DNA from: Vezdaea acicularis
Taxonomy: Eukaryota
Direction: 5' to 3'
NCBI GenBank assembly: GCA_026025075.1
Contig: JAPEUI010000034.1
Location: forward strand, 1 to 64,000
DNA: 64,000 nucleotides
A program made the position numbers and the translations under genes. Under the pieces are notes generated by a model. The model had not been told where the DNA came from, did no database searches, and saw only the letters and a list, made by a program, of their open reading frames with translations. Shown here piece by piece: positions 47,627-61,067 of the stretch. Within the stretch, counting starts at the first letter, position 1. Each line of letters begins with the position of its first letter.

Positions 47627-50600
47627 ATGGCATCGTCGAGGCCAACTCGCAAATCCTCACGCATGTCCAGTCCGTTCACTACTTCCGCTAAGGACTTGCC
47701 AGCCACGCAAATGGCGATAGAGCCTAAGCTAGACAAGAAGACTTTTATGGAGAAATGGGTAGAGCCAGTTGTGCGGCCAGCAGTACCCAGCTTCGAAGAT
47801 CATAAAGGGATTGAAAGGGGTGGCGTGTTGGAATTCATGCAGCCGCTTGGGACTCTCCCCAACGTGAAAGTCAAGACAAGAATTAAGGCGGAACCACCAC
47901 GTCGTATGCTACATCTCAAGAACGGAGCTGGCACCAATTCTCGAGAGGCGCTTGGTACTCCAGAAAACGCGTCAGGTGGAGTGCCCAGACGGAACGAGAC
48001 CCGCAAAGCAGATGACAGCCCTGCTAGACCGCAGCTTACTCTGAGTAAGCCTGTACCTCCAAAGTCCACACCACGCAGCACTAAAGCGTCACCCGTCAAA
48101 CCCTCGCCAGCAAAAAGCCAAAACACAGAGGAGCAATATCGAATCACACCAAGGGACACATTGGACCGGATCGTCGAGCAAGCGGAACAGCGAGCCTACG
48201 AGGTTGGCAACAACACATTGGGACGTGCCCTGAGAGTCCTCTTCGAGAACACCTTGAACGATAAAAGTCTAGCAATCATCTTGGACAACGTCCTGAAACA
48301 GAAGGCAAACGAATATCAGCAGCAAGAGTTCCAGAAGCACATCAAAGCTGCTAAGAGTTATGTGAAGAAACATCTAAATGCAGGTACAGGTGGGAGACGT
48401 TCTTCGATGAATGGGGGTAGATCGTCGCTGTCATCTTCTAAATCGCCTTCCAAGAGTGGACGCTCGGGTGCAGCGAGTGGCACACGCAATAATGTGACCA
48501 AAACAGAAGTGGCCGCGCCAGAGCAAGCACCTACGCCCAAAAGGCCTCAGCGAGAAGCTGCGATTCTCTCTAACAGAGGATTTGCTGCCATCAACGGAAC
48601 GGCCAAAAAGTCGTCACATCGCATGAGTCGATCGAAGAGCGATACCAGCCTCTCGAGCCTTTCGTCTCTGAGTTCGCTTGAGGGAAATGGCGCCCCTTCA
48701 ATGGAAGCTGACCACGCCAACGCTGCCGAGACCCCGGTTCACAAGCCGCCAATGAACGCGCCCACATCACAACAATCTGTCGGTCCAAAGTTACACGTTT
48801 TTCCCACCACAAATCTTCCTTCTACGAGTCATTCCCCTTCCAACTCTTTGAAGAGGAAGTTTGCCGCCACCGGCCTTGTTGAAGGCGAAGACGATGCTAC
48901 TGCTGAAGCAAAGCGCAAGAGGCTCATGAGGACTTTTGATGACGTGACTGTCAAGCAGAGCAGTGTTCGTGCTAGTCCCGTCATCAGGGATTCGGATCAG
49001 GACCAGACCCACACGTCCGAATCCTCGTCTTTACTTGCACCAGCTCCTGGTCCACGTTTGCGACTTGGTCTCGGCTTGGCAAAGAAGGGTAAAGATGATG
49101 ATGAACGGCAGCTATCTCCCATATCTGCGCCCGCCGAATACTTGGTCCAAGGTCTACGAGATCAAACAGCGATGGACTCTAGACCCGAGACTCCAAATTT
49201 CCTCGGTCGTCCGCCAAAAAAGGCCAAGAAGGCGGCCCGTGTCAAGACATCGTGAGTTTTTCCCAGATTTATGTTTCTTGCACCTTCTCTATTTGTGGCA
49301 CTGTCTTCCTTTAGACGGCTGAGTCTGCGCTTGTTGCAGACTTTTCCCATTCTTGCTTTTTCTCCAATTTGTTGCGATCCTTTGCAAGGCTACCACTTTT
49401 TCTCCGTTCATTTGTCAGATTGCTTACGGCTTACCTACGGCATCTTTGCATGTTCACCTGATCAATTTATATACCGTGGGTACTAACTAAATATCTCGAT
49501 AGCCCCATGAAAAAGAAGTCGGCAGTCATTGCAGGCATCTCTCGATTGGGTGGCGAACGCGACAGCCCAATGGGCTATGGTACCGCGAACGATAGAGAGG
49601 TAAGAAAGTGCTTACATTCCCTCCCATCCATGCCAAAACCAGTCCTAAATGGTTTTCGTCTTCCATGTACCAGCTTGCGCTTCACACATCCTGGGACCTT
49701 CTCTAAATCTACCACAGAGATATTCCTTGCATCCCAGCTAACCTATAATAAAGGATGAGAATAACGACTTCTGTTCCGCTTGCAGTGGCAGCGGCGAGCT
49801 TCTTTGCTGCGATGGTTGTGACCGTTCGTTTCATTTCACCTGTCTTGATCCTCCTATGGATGCGGACAACCTGCCTGACGCATGGTTTTGCTACATCTGC
49901 GCAGCGAGGCGTAATCCCCAGCCTAAGCCCGCTAGGGGTCTGTTCGCTGCACTTTTTGTGGAACTCGAAAAGGAAAATCCTAAGGCTTATGAGTTGCCTC
50001 TGGATATTCGAGAATATTTCGAGGGGGTCAAGACCGGTGATGAGGGCGAGTATGAAGAAGCAGTCACCCAAAAGTCGAGGTATGTATAAGCTTCAACCCC
50101 GGACGAGAATTCGCCCTCGTTCCATGTCTTCCCTCATTCCTTTCCTAACGAAGTTTTAGGACTCGTGCCGGTTATGATGAGTATCCGGACTTCCTCAAAC
50201 TCAAAGATGCGAAGGGCAAATATGTGCTCTGTTTCCGTTGCGGCAAAACTGCTCTCAATCATAAGGAGATCATCCCTTGCGACTACTGCAGCCTCCACTG
50301 GCACTTAGACTGCTTGGACCCGCCGATGGCTAATCCACCACCACGACTTCCGAACGGTAAACCACGACATAACTGGATGTGCCCTAATCATGTTGATCAA
50401 GAGCTTCGTAATCTTGATCCCTCCGTGCGCACTTCAAGGCTCGGCTTGGGCAACGGAGGAACGAGAACCTACCGTGTTCGCCGGCCAAAGAACGCGAAGG
50501 TCATTGATACAGCATTGCGTCGAGGGTTCATCAACAACGGACTCATTGAAATTGAGAATGAACCGAGCGAAGATGAAGAAAAGGAGTTTTACGATCATCA

Positions 50601-51200
50601 AGAGTTTGGACAGGTCTACCGGTTACCGGAGAGAGGAATCAAGCTTGACTTCATCGAACGCGTTCATCGGTAAGGCTTCTTGGGCATCCTACCTCTAGCG
50701 CTCGAGCCGTAGCTGATTGATTTTTAGCGCGAGAGCTGAAGCGGCACAAGAGCGAGCACATGCTGCCTATATCGCAGCGAACCAGGCCACCAGGCTGGCC
50801 GCCGCAGAGGCAAAGGTTAAGGCGAACTTCGAGCGTCGGCCGTTCAATGAACGTCAGGTCGCGCTCAATCTAGCTCAACTCGCCTCGGGGGACACTGAAA
50901 TGGACCTCAGTGTCGATCAGATTGAAAACCTTACTCGTACACTCATCGTAAGCATCGCGAGAAGATCAATCGGTGAGGCCTAGCTAACTCATTTCACAGG
51001 CGGAAGCGCCGGCCGACGTCGTCCATTTAATAGAAGAGGGCTCAAGCAAGGCTCCAGCCATTCCGCCGTCACCACCCTCGTCCGAGTCTCGTCCCGATGG
51101 GGCCGATCCTTTTGTGTCCGAATCCGAGAAGAAGATGCTCCTGACGCTTCAAGAGCTCATTAAGAAGCGCTTGGAGGTGTCGACGGCGGCGGCAGCATGA
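47627..51200 (+). CDS. RCO1: Double PHD-finger protein, Rco1/Cph1-like (Rpd3S-type HDAC complex), 6 exons
   Basis: PHD1 NNDFCSACSGSGELLCCDGCDRSFHFTCLDPP..WFCYIC; PHD2 CFRC...CDYCSLHWHLDCLDPP..WMCPNH; YRLPERGIKLDFI. Confidence 0.85.
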
Positions 51201-52731
51201 GGCTATTGACATGCTCCTCCGCACCTTGCCCGCTCGGATCCAGCCTACCCAAAGGGCGAGCACGGATGCCCGCCCAATCTCATGTTGGGCGCCTTTTTCG
51301 ATTGCCTTGGGGGTGGGGCCGGCTCTTGGCGGATTGTGCGGCACATTCCAGTGGAAGAAACTTCGCCACCTTTTCTTTCCGGAGGGGGTTGCTGTTGCTT
51401 CTCGCTTACAGGCTCCTCCCTCGCGCTAGCATCTTTCTGGGCCGACGCGACTAGGGGGAGCCGGAGGGAAATTGGCTGTCCTTTTCCGATCCGCCCTTAT
51501 CGTCGCATCATCAATCATAGGCTGCCCAGGTCCAGCACCATTTCAAAAGTTGCGGTTGCGACCCTGCTCCTGCAGTCAGCAGCAGCATTCTGCCTTTTCC
51601 CCTGACGTTGAGCATCTTGCAATCGTCCACGGTCAAGCTCTCTCTCTCTCTCTCCAACTAAGAGCGGGCCCACTCTCCCTCGTGGCTTCACGTGCGGCTG
51701 TGCCTTTTCCCTTTCATTTGATTTTTTCCTTGTCTGTTCTGGCTTCGTGCGCCACTGGGGATCGCGAAGGTAGGAAGACATGCATCGTGTTGTTCTGCAT
51801 CATTGGGCGGCGCATCATCTGGTGCTTTTGAATACATACGTCCATGGACTGAAGAAATACGTCGGGGCACCCCCGTTCCAGAGATTTTCTTTACATCGAT
51901 GGCACTGGGATGGTCGGATGGAAAATAGAAGGCGGAGAGCGCACGTGGATGTCTAAATCGAGATGTAGACTACTTCGTATAGGAAATAGATCACGATCGG
52001 TATTTAGCTACCACTTGCTTCGAGTTACTCTCGTACCTTGAGTCACAAAGTACCTGATTTGGCCAGCCTTCAGAGTTCTGAAGGCTTCGTCGTTGGGCTT
52101 TGCTCTTTCTACTTTCAAGACATGAAGCGCGACCCTGCCAATGGGCCATCGAGGTTGGTCACGAGACACGCGTCCACAACCCAGCCCCTTCGAAAACTTC
52201 ACCGCCTCTTAGGTACCAGTACGACGTCAAATCAAATCAATCGCGAGGTAGATGCGACGTGGATTTCGTGAATTCCGGGCTTTGATGCCCGGCTCGAGCC
52301 ACGGCCCTTATGTGAAACATAACCGCTTGGCGAAGTACCCCTGCGGGACCAGGTACTTTGTATCACCTTCAGTCCGACCATTCCTACAACCACCGCCGTT
52401 CACGGGACGATCTCAGCCCCCTTTCAATTTCTGGGCGAGAAGCTTTGGTAGCTACCAATAAACCGCGAGCCACAACTCTCGCCCTCCTTCTCCTGCAAAA
52501 CTCAAATCCCGCGGTCGTCATCGCTTTCCCAGTTCTCAAATGCAATTTTAAAAGCTATACACCGAAACATACCCAATTGATCCCAGACCCCGCAAGAACC
52601 CGTGAATCCCCCCACTTGCGTAACACATACGTAGATTAAACGTTTGACATGGACCCATGGGACGTGAAGGGGTAATCAAGCAACAGCAAAGAAATAGTGA
52701 CGCATAAATGCAAAGATGAAGATGCGAGTAT

Positions 52732-55700
52732 CTAATTGTCTTCGTCTGGTGGAGGTGACATCTCGTCGTCCGAATCCACGACTGCTGCTGATTTTGGCTT
52801 TTGCTTCGTCTTTCCCTTCCCGTTGACTTTCTTCGCGCTCGCAGTCACAACCGGAGCAGGTAAAGGGCTCGTTGACTTTTCATCTTCAGATTCTTCGTCA
52901 TCTTCGCCTTCTCCGCCTTCTTCGACCTCTTCAACCTCTTCCACTTCATCCTCGCTCCCGCTCTCTGCGTATGTAATCTCTTTGCCTGTGACTCTGCTGC
53001 TCGTCCTTCGCTCGCTAGACGGAATCTCCGAAGCTCTATTCTTCTTCGCTCTCGGTGTCCTGGGTCCCTTTGGCTTGCGGATCGGAAGTGTCTTTGTCGA
53101 TGAACTCCTCGCTTTTTTCTTCGCCGGAGCGCCTACATTGACTTCACCTATTGACTTTCGCTTCACACGCATCTCACGTCAGCTAGGTATCTTATATCGC
53201 AACGGAAACTCTGCTACTTACTTTCTTCGCCTTGCTCTTCCTGACACTCGTCCTCACCAGCTCCTCTAGCTTATCCTCCACGCCCTCTGGCAGGTACGTC
53301 TTCTCCGCAATCTTCTGTGCTTCGGCATGGCTCGGGAGTTTTCCGAAGAGCCCACCTGGCAGCCGTAGCTTTTCCGTCATTGTCACCGGCCATGCTTGCA
53401 TGCTCCAGCCCTGCGCCTCCTCATAGCGGCGCACAACCGCCTGAAAAAGATCGCTAAGGATATAAAGGTTTTCAGAGGCTTCTGGATTCAATGCGTCTCG
53501 AGTTTGTTTAACCCGTTGGGCATAGTAGTAGATCAGACCCAGGTTCTCTTCGGTCGCGACGGGGTTCAGGTAAAAGATGATATAATTCGCGAACTCTATC
53601 ACGTCGTCTGCAGAGCTGAAATCGGGGTGGTGCGCTAGCAGAGAGAGGAAGCGCGGTACGAGGGCTTCAAGATGTGTCAACTTCTGCGAGGCGAAGACTT
53701 GGCGCTTGCTGCGAATCCAGGTCACGGTGCTTTCTCTAAGAGGCACGCTGGGCTCGAAGGCAAGAAGGAATGGGATGGTATAGAAGCGAAGAGGGAGCTT
53801 GTTCTGGCCAAGGTACTTCTTCAGTTTGGAGATGAAAGCATTACGAACTTCCTCTTGATGGTCTTGCGCAACGAAGGCGAGTTGGTTGAAGTCTTTGGGT
53901 GTGAGAAGAGTGTCATAATGTTTGATGCTGCAAAGTTTGAGGAAGAGTTGGGCGGCGAGTAGACGGAGGCGTGATTTGTGGGATGCGGGGGTATCTTTCT
54001 TCTTGGACAGCTCGCCATTGTTTATGATAAGGGTAGTGAGGAGTTGGATGACAGGTGGGGCGATTTCTTTTCCCATCTCTGCGTCCGAGGTGGATCGCAG
54101 TCGGTTAACAAGGATGTGGAGAGCTAGGAGTTTGGCCTTTGCCTCAGGGTCGAGGTTCGGCTCATCAACCCACTCGGGGTCTTTGGCACTGGCTGACTTC
54201 CGGACTTTCAGCAATGTTTGATTAATAGCGATCTCGATAATCGAGTCAGAATCTTTCTCCATCACATCTTTTGGACCGAGTAAGGAAAGCTGGCTTATGG
54301 TTGCCAAATGGGTAAGGAAATTTGTAGATCCGAACTTGAAGTCCTTGATCGCTCTCTGAAGGAGTTCTTTCGCATGCAGCTCCTTCCGCTCTGCGGTCCG
54401 CATAAGAATGGTAACAGCGTGTTTGGCCGCTGAGGGAGGTGTCCCATGCTGTGCAAAGCTGATGAGGGTCTGAAGAAATTTACGCTCTTTCGGAACTTCT
54501 GCCGGGTACTTTTGGGCAAATGCAGCGCAGGCTTTAAGTGTGTCAACAGTCCCGGGCTCGTTTGCCTTCTTTGCGGAAGGAGCCTTGTCTTCAAGTGAGC
54601 GGCAGAGTTCCTTGACATGGGCCTTGAAAACTTCGGGGTTGCGATTCGAAATCTCTTTGAGAAACTCGTGCGCAATGCCTCCAAGGCCCTTTTCGTCGGT
54701 ATTGGAATATTGAACTATTGGGGGAACATGACTCTTGTTGTAGATCAGGAGACTACATCGATACAGTAAAGGTGTGAGAGAGTCCACAAGGCCTGCAGGA
54801 GACCCTGGGGCGGACTCGATGCGCTTCGTAAGTTCCCGCTATTAACCATCATCATTAGTAATTCCATCATCATTATAAATATTTTGGTTCCTTACAATAG
54901 CCTTTACAATCGTCCGGTGGTCGCTATCAGGGCTCATGCAGAAGCGTACAAGCTGGTAAGCCCTTCTATCGTGCATCTTAGCAAATTTCCAAAGATCCGC
55001 AGATGCCCGTGGAGCATCTGGTAGTGATTTAGAAAGCCATTCAATCGTTCGGGCAAGTTTTGCCTTGATTGAGGCTTCATTTTCATCCATGACACCCCCG
55101 TTGTATTTCTCGCAGCTATCTATCAAAGCTGTCATGGCGTGAGCAGCTGTTGACTGACGGGCGAGGACCGCGAAGAATGCAATTTTAGCCTTCGGTTCAA
55201 GATCTTTTGCTAGTACTAGAATTCGTTCTGTCCGTATCTTGTCAGCATCACTCAACTCGGTATCTCCGTTAGTCTGGTTGTCCTTTGACTTCTGAGACCC
55301 ATTTGCAGGTCCCTTAGAGCCTTTAGACTTCAGCGGCGGATAGCTCGTTGGGATGAGTGACTCATGTAGCACTTCGTCCACCAACAGATTTACGTCGAGT
55401 TCGTTAATGTAACATGCATCAAATATCCGTGTTGGAATAAAGCCAAGGGTATTCTTAACCAACTCATTCTCGTCAGCAATATCTCCTGCGGCTACTCCCC
55501 AGAGGCGGGCAAGCGTCTTCATGGCCTCAGTCCGTACCCCGTGTTTCTTATCCCTGACTCGGTCGGCAAGGTTGGCGATTACTGAGCCATAGCTATTGAT
55601 GTTGCCAGCAGCATCAAGCTTCAGGATCACATCTCGATATCCAAAGCCCTCCACTGCTTTGATTGCAGATATTCGGACCCTTTCATCTGAATCGACGAGC

Positions 55701-57195
55701 TTCTCGGCCAGATATGCAACCAGCTTCTTTTCTTCGTCCTGGCCCAATCCGACACCACCCGCTGAGGTCATTATAATTCTGCCAATGGCTGTAGTCCACA
55801 CAGATCGGATTACTGAAGACCTATCAATCCTACGGCTCAAAAACCCGGAGTATGCTGAAGGATGTGCCTGAGAAAACGATTGGGGAGACCCGGGAAGGGT
55901 AAGAATGGTGTTTGAAGAAACAAGATTAGGGAATTCCGCAAGGGTTGTTGGAGGATATGCGCTTGGATCCATTGGAACTGGTATTGGAGGACCGGAGGCA
56001 CCTATACCTGACACGATGTCTCCCAATGTCTCTGTAGCAAGAAGCCGTAACTGCACGTTTTCCTGGGAGAGTTCTGTCTCTAACTGGGGGATAACGTTCT
56101 GGAGTACTGCTGGGGAGGCTCTCCATAGTTCCCGAAGTAGTCGATGGGCTTTATGTAGTTCCTTCATGTCCTCCTCAGTCGGTCCACCTAGGCCATCCTC
56201 TTCCTCCCAATCGTTCGTGCTTCTTCGACTTTTCCCTATTCCTTCCACAGTAGCTGATGCCGAGCTCTCTAAGATTACCTCATTGAAATATTGACTGACA
56301 TATCGAGACATTTTCTCTGGACACATATTGCATACAGTTTTCGCCATATTATACGCCGGAGGGAGCTCATTAAGTAAAAGCGTAGACTGGCGTTCATCTA
56401 CAGTTGTTACCCCATTCTTCTTTCCTTTCGATCCCGCGGTCAGAGCTCGAGGGTCGATTCTAAGGAACTGAGCGACAATGATATCAACGACTTCTGATGG
56501 GAGACTAGTAGCCTCGTCAACAAGTATGACCAAGATTTCTGTCATATGGTGCTCGACATGTTTGCCTATTTGCTCTGTAGAAGGCGACTTCGACAAACCT
56601 GACAACATGTCAAAGAAAGAATTGAAGATATGCAGTGTTAGTTGATCAGATGATGGTATGTCAGTAAGGAGGACAATGCTCTTGACTTGAGCGAGTGACT
56701 GCAACACGTAAACATGCTGATTGTTATAAGCATTTAAAGGATCTGAAAGTGTAGGCAAGATCGAGGTTATAAAGAGCGTGAAAATATCCTACTTCCGTTA
56801 GTAGGACATGCGGAACAGATATGTACAAACCCTACCTTGAGCTGCCGCTCAGTGTATGGTGCATCAGGCGCGCACAGCCTTAATATATCTACCAAGCAGC
56901 AAGCTGTCCATGCTTTCACTCCTTTATCCTTGTGGCTTATCAAGTTCGGCGCAACTAAGTCCTTTGCGATCTTCGTAACAGCTTCCCTAGAGCCGTCTTC
57001 TTGGTCAATATCTCTCAATTCTTTTGAAAGCGTCTCTAGTCGGTTAAGTAACTCCCCCAAAGGAATTGGCTTTCCAGCACGCCATGAGAGAGGTTCGTTG
57101 AACTTAAGCTGCTGCACGTCTTCCTGCGCTGCCTCGGACTCTGGCTCCTCGACTGCAGTTGCTGTCGTAGTCGTGGTACGACTTCGAGTAGGCAT
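52732..57195 (-). CDS. PDS5: Cohesin-associated HEAT-repeat protein Pds5 (4 exons)
   Basis: ACCLVDILRLCAPDAPYT, LAQVKSIVLL, VIPQLETEL, RLRLLAAQLFLKL, RFLSLLAHHPDF. Confidence 0.96.
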
Positions 57196-57322
57196 GTTAG
57201 CTGTCGACAATATGGGAGAGTTTCAATATCTCGTCTGGGCCCTTTAGAGCGCTTTCCCGTATTTGTCGAGTATTCTTTGCGAGAAGCGCAATATCTCGGA
57301 CAAGGAGGAGGGGTGTAACAGG

Positions 57323-57337
57323 ACGCGATTTTTCGCG
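57323..57337. promoter_or_regulatory. MCB/SCB-like CGCG elements in the 222-bp divergent PDS5-ALG8 promoter
   Basis: ACGCGA at 57323 and TTTCGCG (reverse complement CGCGAAA) at 57331. Confidence 0.35.
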
Positions 57338-57417
57338 AATTTGAGAGACCGCGACTTCGACCCTTCCGGAAGATGTCGGCGTAATGCCATATTCGACGCC
57401 GCAGCGGTAATGTATTG

Positions 57418-59354
57418 ATGGCTGAGTTGTACCCTTCGATAACACAGTGTGCTATCATCGCCAGTGCTTTCAAAATTCTTTTATTCCCCGCATAGTGAGT
57501 AGGGAGCATTATAAGACCGCCTTTGCCCTGCGCTAAAGCTTGTGTATTAGTAAATCCACGGATTTTGAGGTACACCGGAATTGGCTCGCAATAACCCATT
57601 CTCTACCCATCAGAGAATGGTATTACGAGGTTCGAGGATCTAAATTTACCTTATCACTATGTCAACTGCTAATGGTGCCATTGTGCAGAACACCTCGGAA
57701 TGGACACTTGACTATCCACCGTTCTTTGCCTACTTTGAATGGGTCCTCGCCCAAGCTGCTCCATATGTGGAAGCAGGGTTACTCAACATCCAAAGTCTTG
57801 GCTACGATAGTTGGCAAACCATATACTTCCAGAGAACTACTGTCGTTCTCACGGAGCTATCTCTAGTCCTCGCCTTGCAATGGTGGGTACCTGCACAGCC
57901 CATTCTCTACCCTTCGAGAATACTCACCTTGTCGCGCATAGGTTTGTATATACGACTCCCCCGGCCTCGAAAAAGTCGGCGCATGCAGTCGCATTATCCA
58001 TCCTTCTTTCTCCGGGGCTTTTGATTATAGATCACATTCACTTTCAATACAATGGTTTCCTCTACGGAATATTATTGTTTTCTCTCGTTCTGGCCCGACA
58101 GCAATCCACGCTGCTCCTCAGTGGGTTGGTTTTTGCAGCTTTGTTATGCTTCAAGCACATCTACCTATACCTTGCACCAGCTTATTTCGTGTATCTACTC
58201 CGAGAATACTGTTTGAGCCCACGGTCAATTTTTCAAATCCGCTTTGGGAATGCGACCAAGCTAGCAACTGGTATTTTAGCAGTGTTCTGTGCAGCTTTGG
58301 GCCCATACATTTACTGGGGACAGCAACAGCAGCTTTTCAGTAGACTATTCCCTTTTTCAAGAGGGTTGTGTCATGCATACTGGGCACCTAATGTATGGGC
58401 AATGTATTCATGGATGGATCGTGTTTTAATCTTTGGTATGACTTACTCTCTCGTATAGTCATCAACTATGCTAATTCTTGATAGCGGCACCACGGTTAGG
58501 CCTCAAAATCAACGAGGCTGCGGTAAACAGTGTGACGAGAGGTCTTGTGGGAGATACTTCTTTTGCTGTTCTACCGCAGGTAACCCCAAGAGCAACGTTT
58601 CTATTGACTGTTTTCTTCCAGGTGGTGAGTTTTGTAATATTCCTCGCATAATGGGTAGAATCTGATGTCGCCCAGCTTCCATTGATACGATTGTTTTACT
58701 ATCCAAAATGGGAGACATTCATTGGTGCCGTAACATTGTGTGGCTATGCTTCCTTTCTCTTCGGCTGGCATGTCCACGAGAAAGCCATATTACTTGTCAT
58801 CATACCGTTCAGGTAGGCCTTCTTGTTGGAGGACATACAAAAACAACACTAATCATCACAGTCTTCTGGCCGTTCGAGATCGTCGATATCTTGGTGCTTT
58901 CCGTCCCTTAGCTGTATCGGGTCACGTGTCGCTATTCCCCCTCTTGTTCACGCCAGCCGGTAAGACCAACCAATTCATGCATGCAGTTGCTTTGTGCTCA
59001 CATGTGGATAGAATTTCCAATCAAGACAGTGTATACTATCTTTTGGCTTATTACTTTCTTAATGACTTTCGATCGACTAGCACCGGCGTATGACTTGATT
59101 GTCTGTCTATTGAATCAAAATTGAATGCTAATTCCGTGTACAGATCCTCACGACCACGTGTCTTCCTACTCGACCGATTCTCTCTCCTATATGTCACTGT
59201 GGCTATTCCGTTAATTCTATACTGCTCTCTCGTTCACCAAGCCATATTCGGGGAAAAGTACGAATTCATACCGCTCATGTTTATAAGCTCTTATTCAGCA
59301 ATTGCAGTTTTTGCGAGTTGGGTAGGATTTCTGGTAGTATATTATACCTCATAA
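57418..59354 (+). CDS. ALG8: Dolichyl-P-Glc alpha-1,3-glucosyltransferase Alg8 (multi-exon)
   Basis: [70 protein letters not shown]. Confidence 0.96.
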
Positions 59355-59621
59355 AGCATGGCTCATCCCTGTCAGATGGGTTTGCGCTAAGTACATGACA
59401 ATAGGTTTTGCTCTGGTGCCCTAGCATACATCAGTCGTCTCCTGGTGAAGTCGATTCCTATCTTCTAATCCATATTATCAGTGCCAAAGGCCAGAAAGCC
59501 GTTCAGCCAAATTAGCTGCTCAGTTGAGGGATTCAGAAGCTGGTCGTAGAAGAATGGATACGGCGCTCGACGATCTTCAATTCTAGCGATCTAGAAGCGC
59601 CGAACGCGGATGAAACCACGC

Positions 59622-59654
59622 TAGCGCGGCTAGCGATCACGTGCAGCCGCGCTA
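59622..59654. promoter_or_regulatory. Perfect 10-bp inverted repeat enclosing a CACGTG E-box
   Basis: TAGCGCGGCT-agcgatCACGTGc-AGCCGCGCTA. Confidence 0.55.
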
Positions 59655-61067
59655 AATTAACGTCAATCAAGCCACACGCTTGTTCCTCCGGGCCTTGCAG
59701 TTCCTACCCGCGGTCTTTTGGCAGGATGCTCCTCGTGGTGCTCGCCATTGCGAAATCGGCCAGCGCAACTAGCCCTTCCGCCCAATTCCAGTCCAGTTTA
59801 AGGCAACTACAGAACTTATCCCTATTCTCCAAATTATAAAGGTCAATCAAAACCCTGCGTGTATAATGATGTCATATCCCTTTTCCATGTAAACAAACCA
59901 TTCCAGGAACTTGGGGATCCAGGGCAGTGCGCTTCAGGGCCGTGGAACACTAATAGTATTCATTCTAAACGTCATCTATCGCTCCATTCTCTCTGGCAGT
60001 GGTACGGATGTGGCGAAGAGTGGTGATTGGGCTCAATGTATAATACTTACTCTGTTCTAGCTTTGAGAGCAGTTCTGTATGGATTTAAAATAGTTGAGAG
60101 CTTCTGCATATGACAGTTGAAGGATGCCCGAGTGCTGTTCATGAAAAGAGTGACTCTCCGAGAAGTCACGGAAGTTTGGTAGAAACACGTCAGAGGGCAT
60201 ATTTGACAAACATTTGCTGCTATGCTGGCCTTCAAACCAGGCCACTCCGTGAAGGGTGGCCAATGCTCGACACAGTATCCGCATGTGCCCCTCGTACCAA
60301 ACAATGCGCTCGTTGTCAGCCCCCTAAACAGGCACAATACTACATCCCAGATAAATTGCCACGGTCGGAGCATCATTTTGAGCCCGAAATGTTTGAGTAT
60401 CATGTTGTTGATGGGGCTTGGAGCGCAGCGCCGCCGGGCTTACCGTTTGGGGGTGGGTTTATCTATAATGGCCAACCATAATCGAGAGGAACCCGCGAAG
60501 CGAGGCTAGGCGAAAAGATCTCTTCCCTCCTACGGAACGGTCTTCTTGACTGCACCGGGGACCCTGCTCTCCCGCAGGGCCCTCACACTAGATGCTTGTC
60601 ACAGAATGGGGACACTCTTTCGTTCTCCACCACCACCTCCTCTCTGTTCATCCATCTCTTCACCCCGCCACCACGCAATCCATCAACGTCTGCATTCCTC
60701 CCGCCCTTGGAAGAGGCGCGTCTGATACTCCTGCTGAATCTCTGGGACGCGTTATGAGCTCTGTCCAGTAAGTTTTTCCCGACATATCGATATCGATCCA
60801 CTCTTCAATGCTGGTTGTGCTTCCAGTCCATCGCTGTGATATCGCGTTCTATTATCGATCTTATTCTATCTTTCTTGTGAGGAGCAATATTCATATCCCT
60901 TGTGCGTGAGCTCTCTATCATATTCGCCGCATATTGTCCGCAACCTTGGCCGTGGCTCCCTCGCTCTCGGACCTTCGCTGACAATGTTCAATCAGCAGCA
61001 AACCCTGATCTAGACAGGAGGAACGAACCTGAAAGGCTGCTGTCTTGGTTTTGATACCACCGCAACT

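Noticed and set aside
60043..60052. ATACTTAC resembling the U1 snRNA 5' end
   Set aside because: Diverges right after the motif and fits better as an intron branch site before the TAG at 60060
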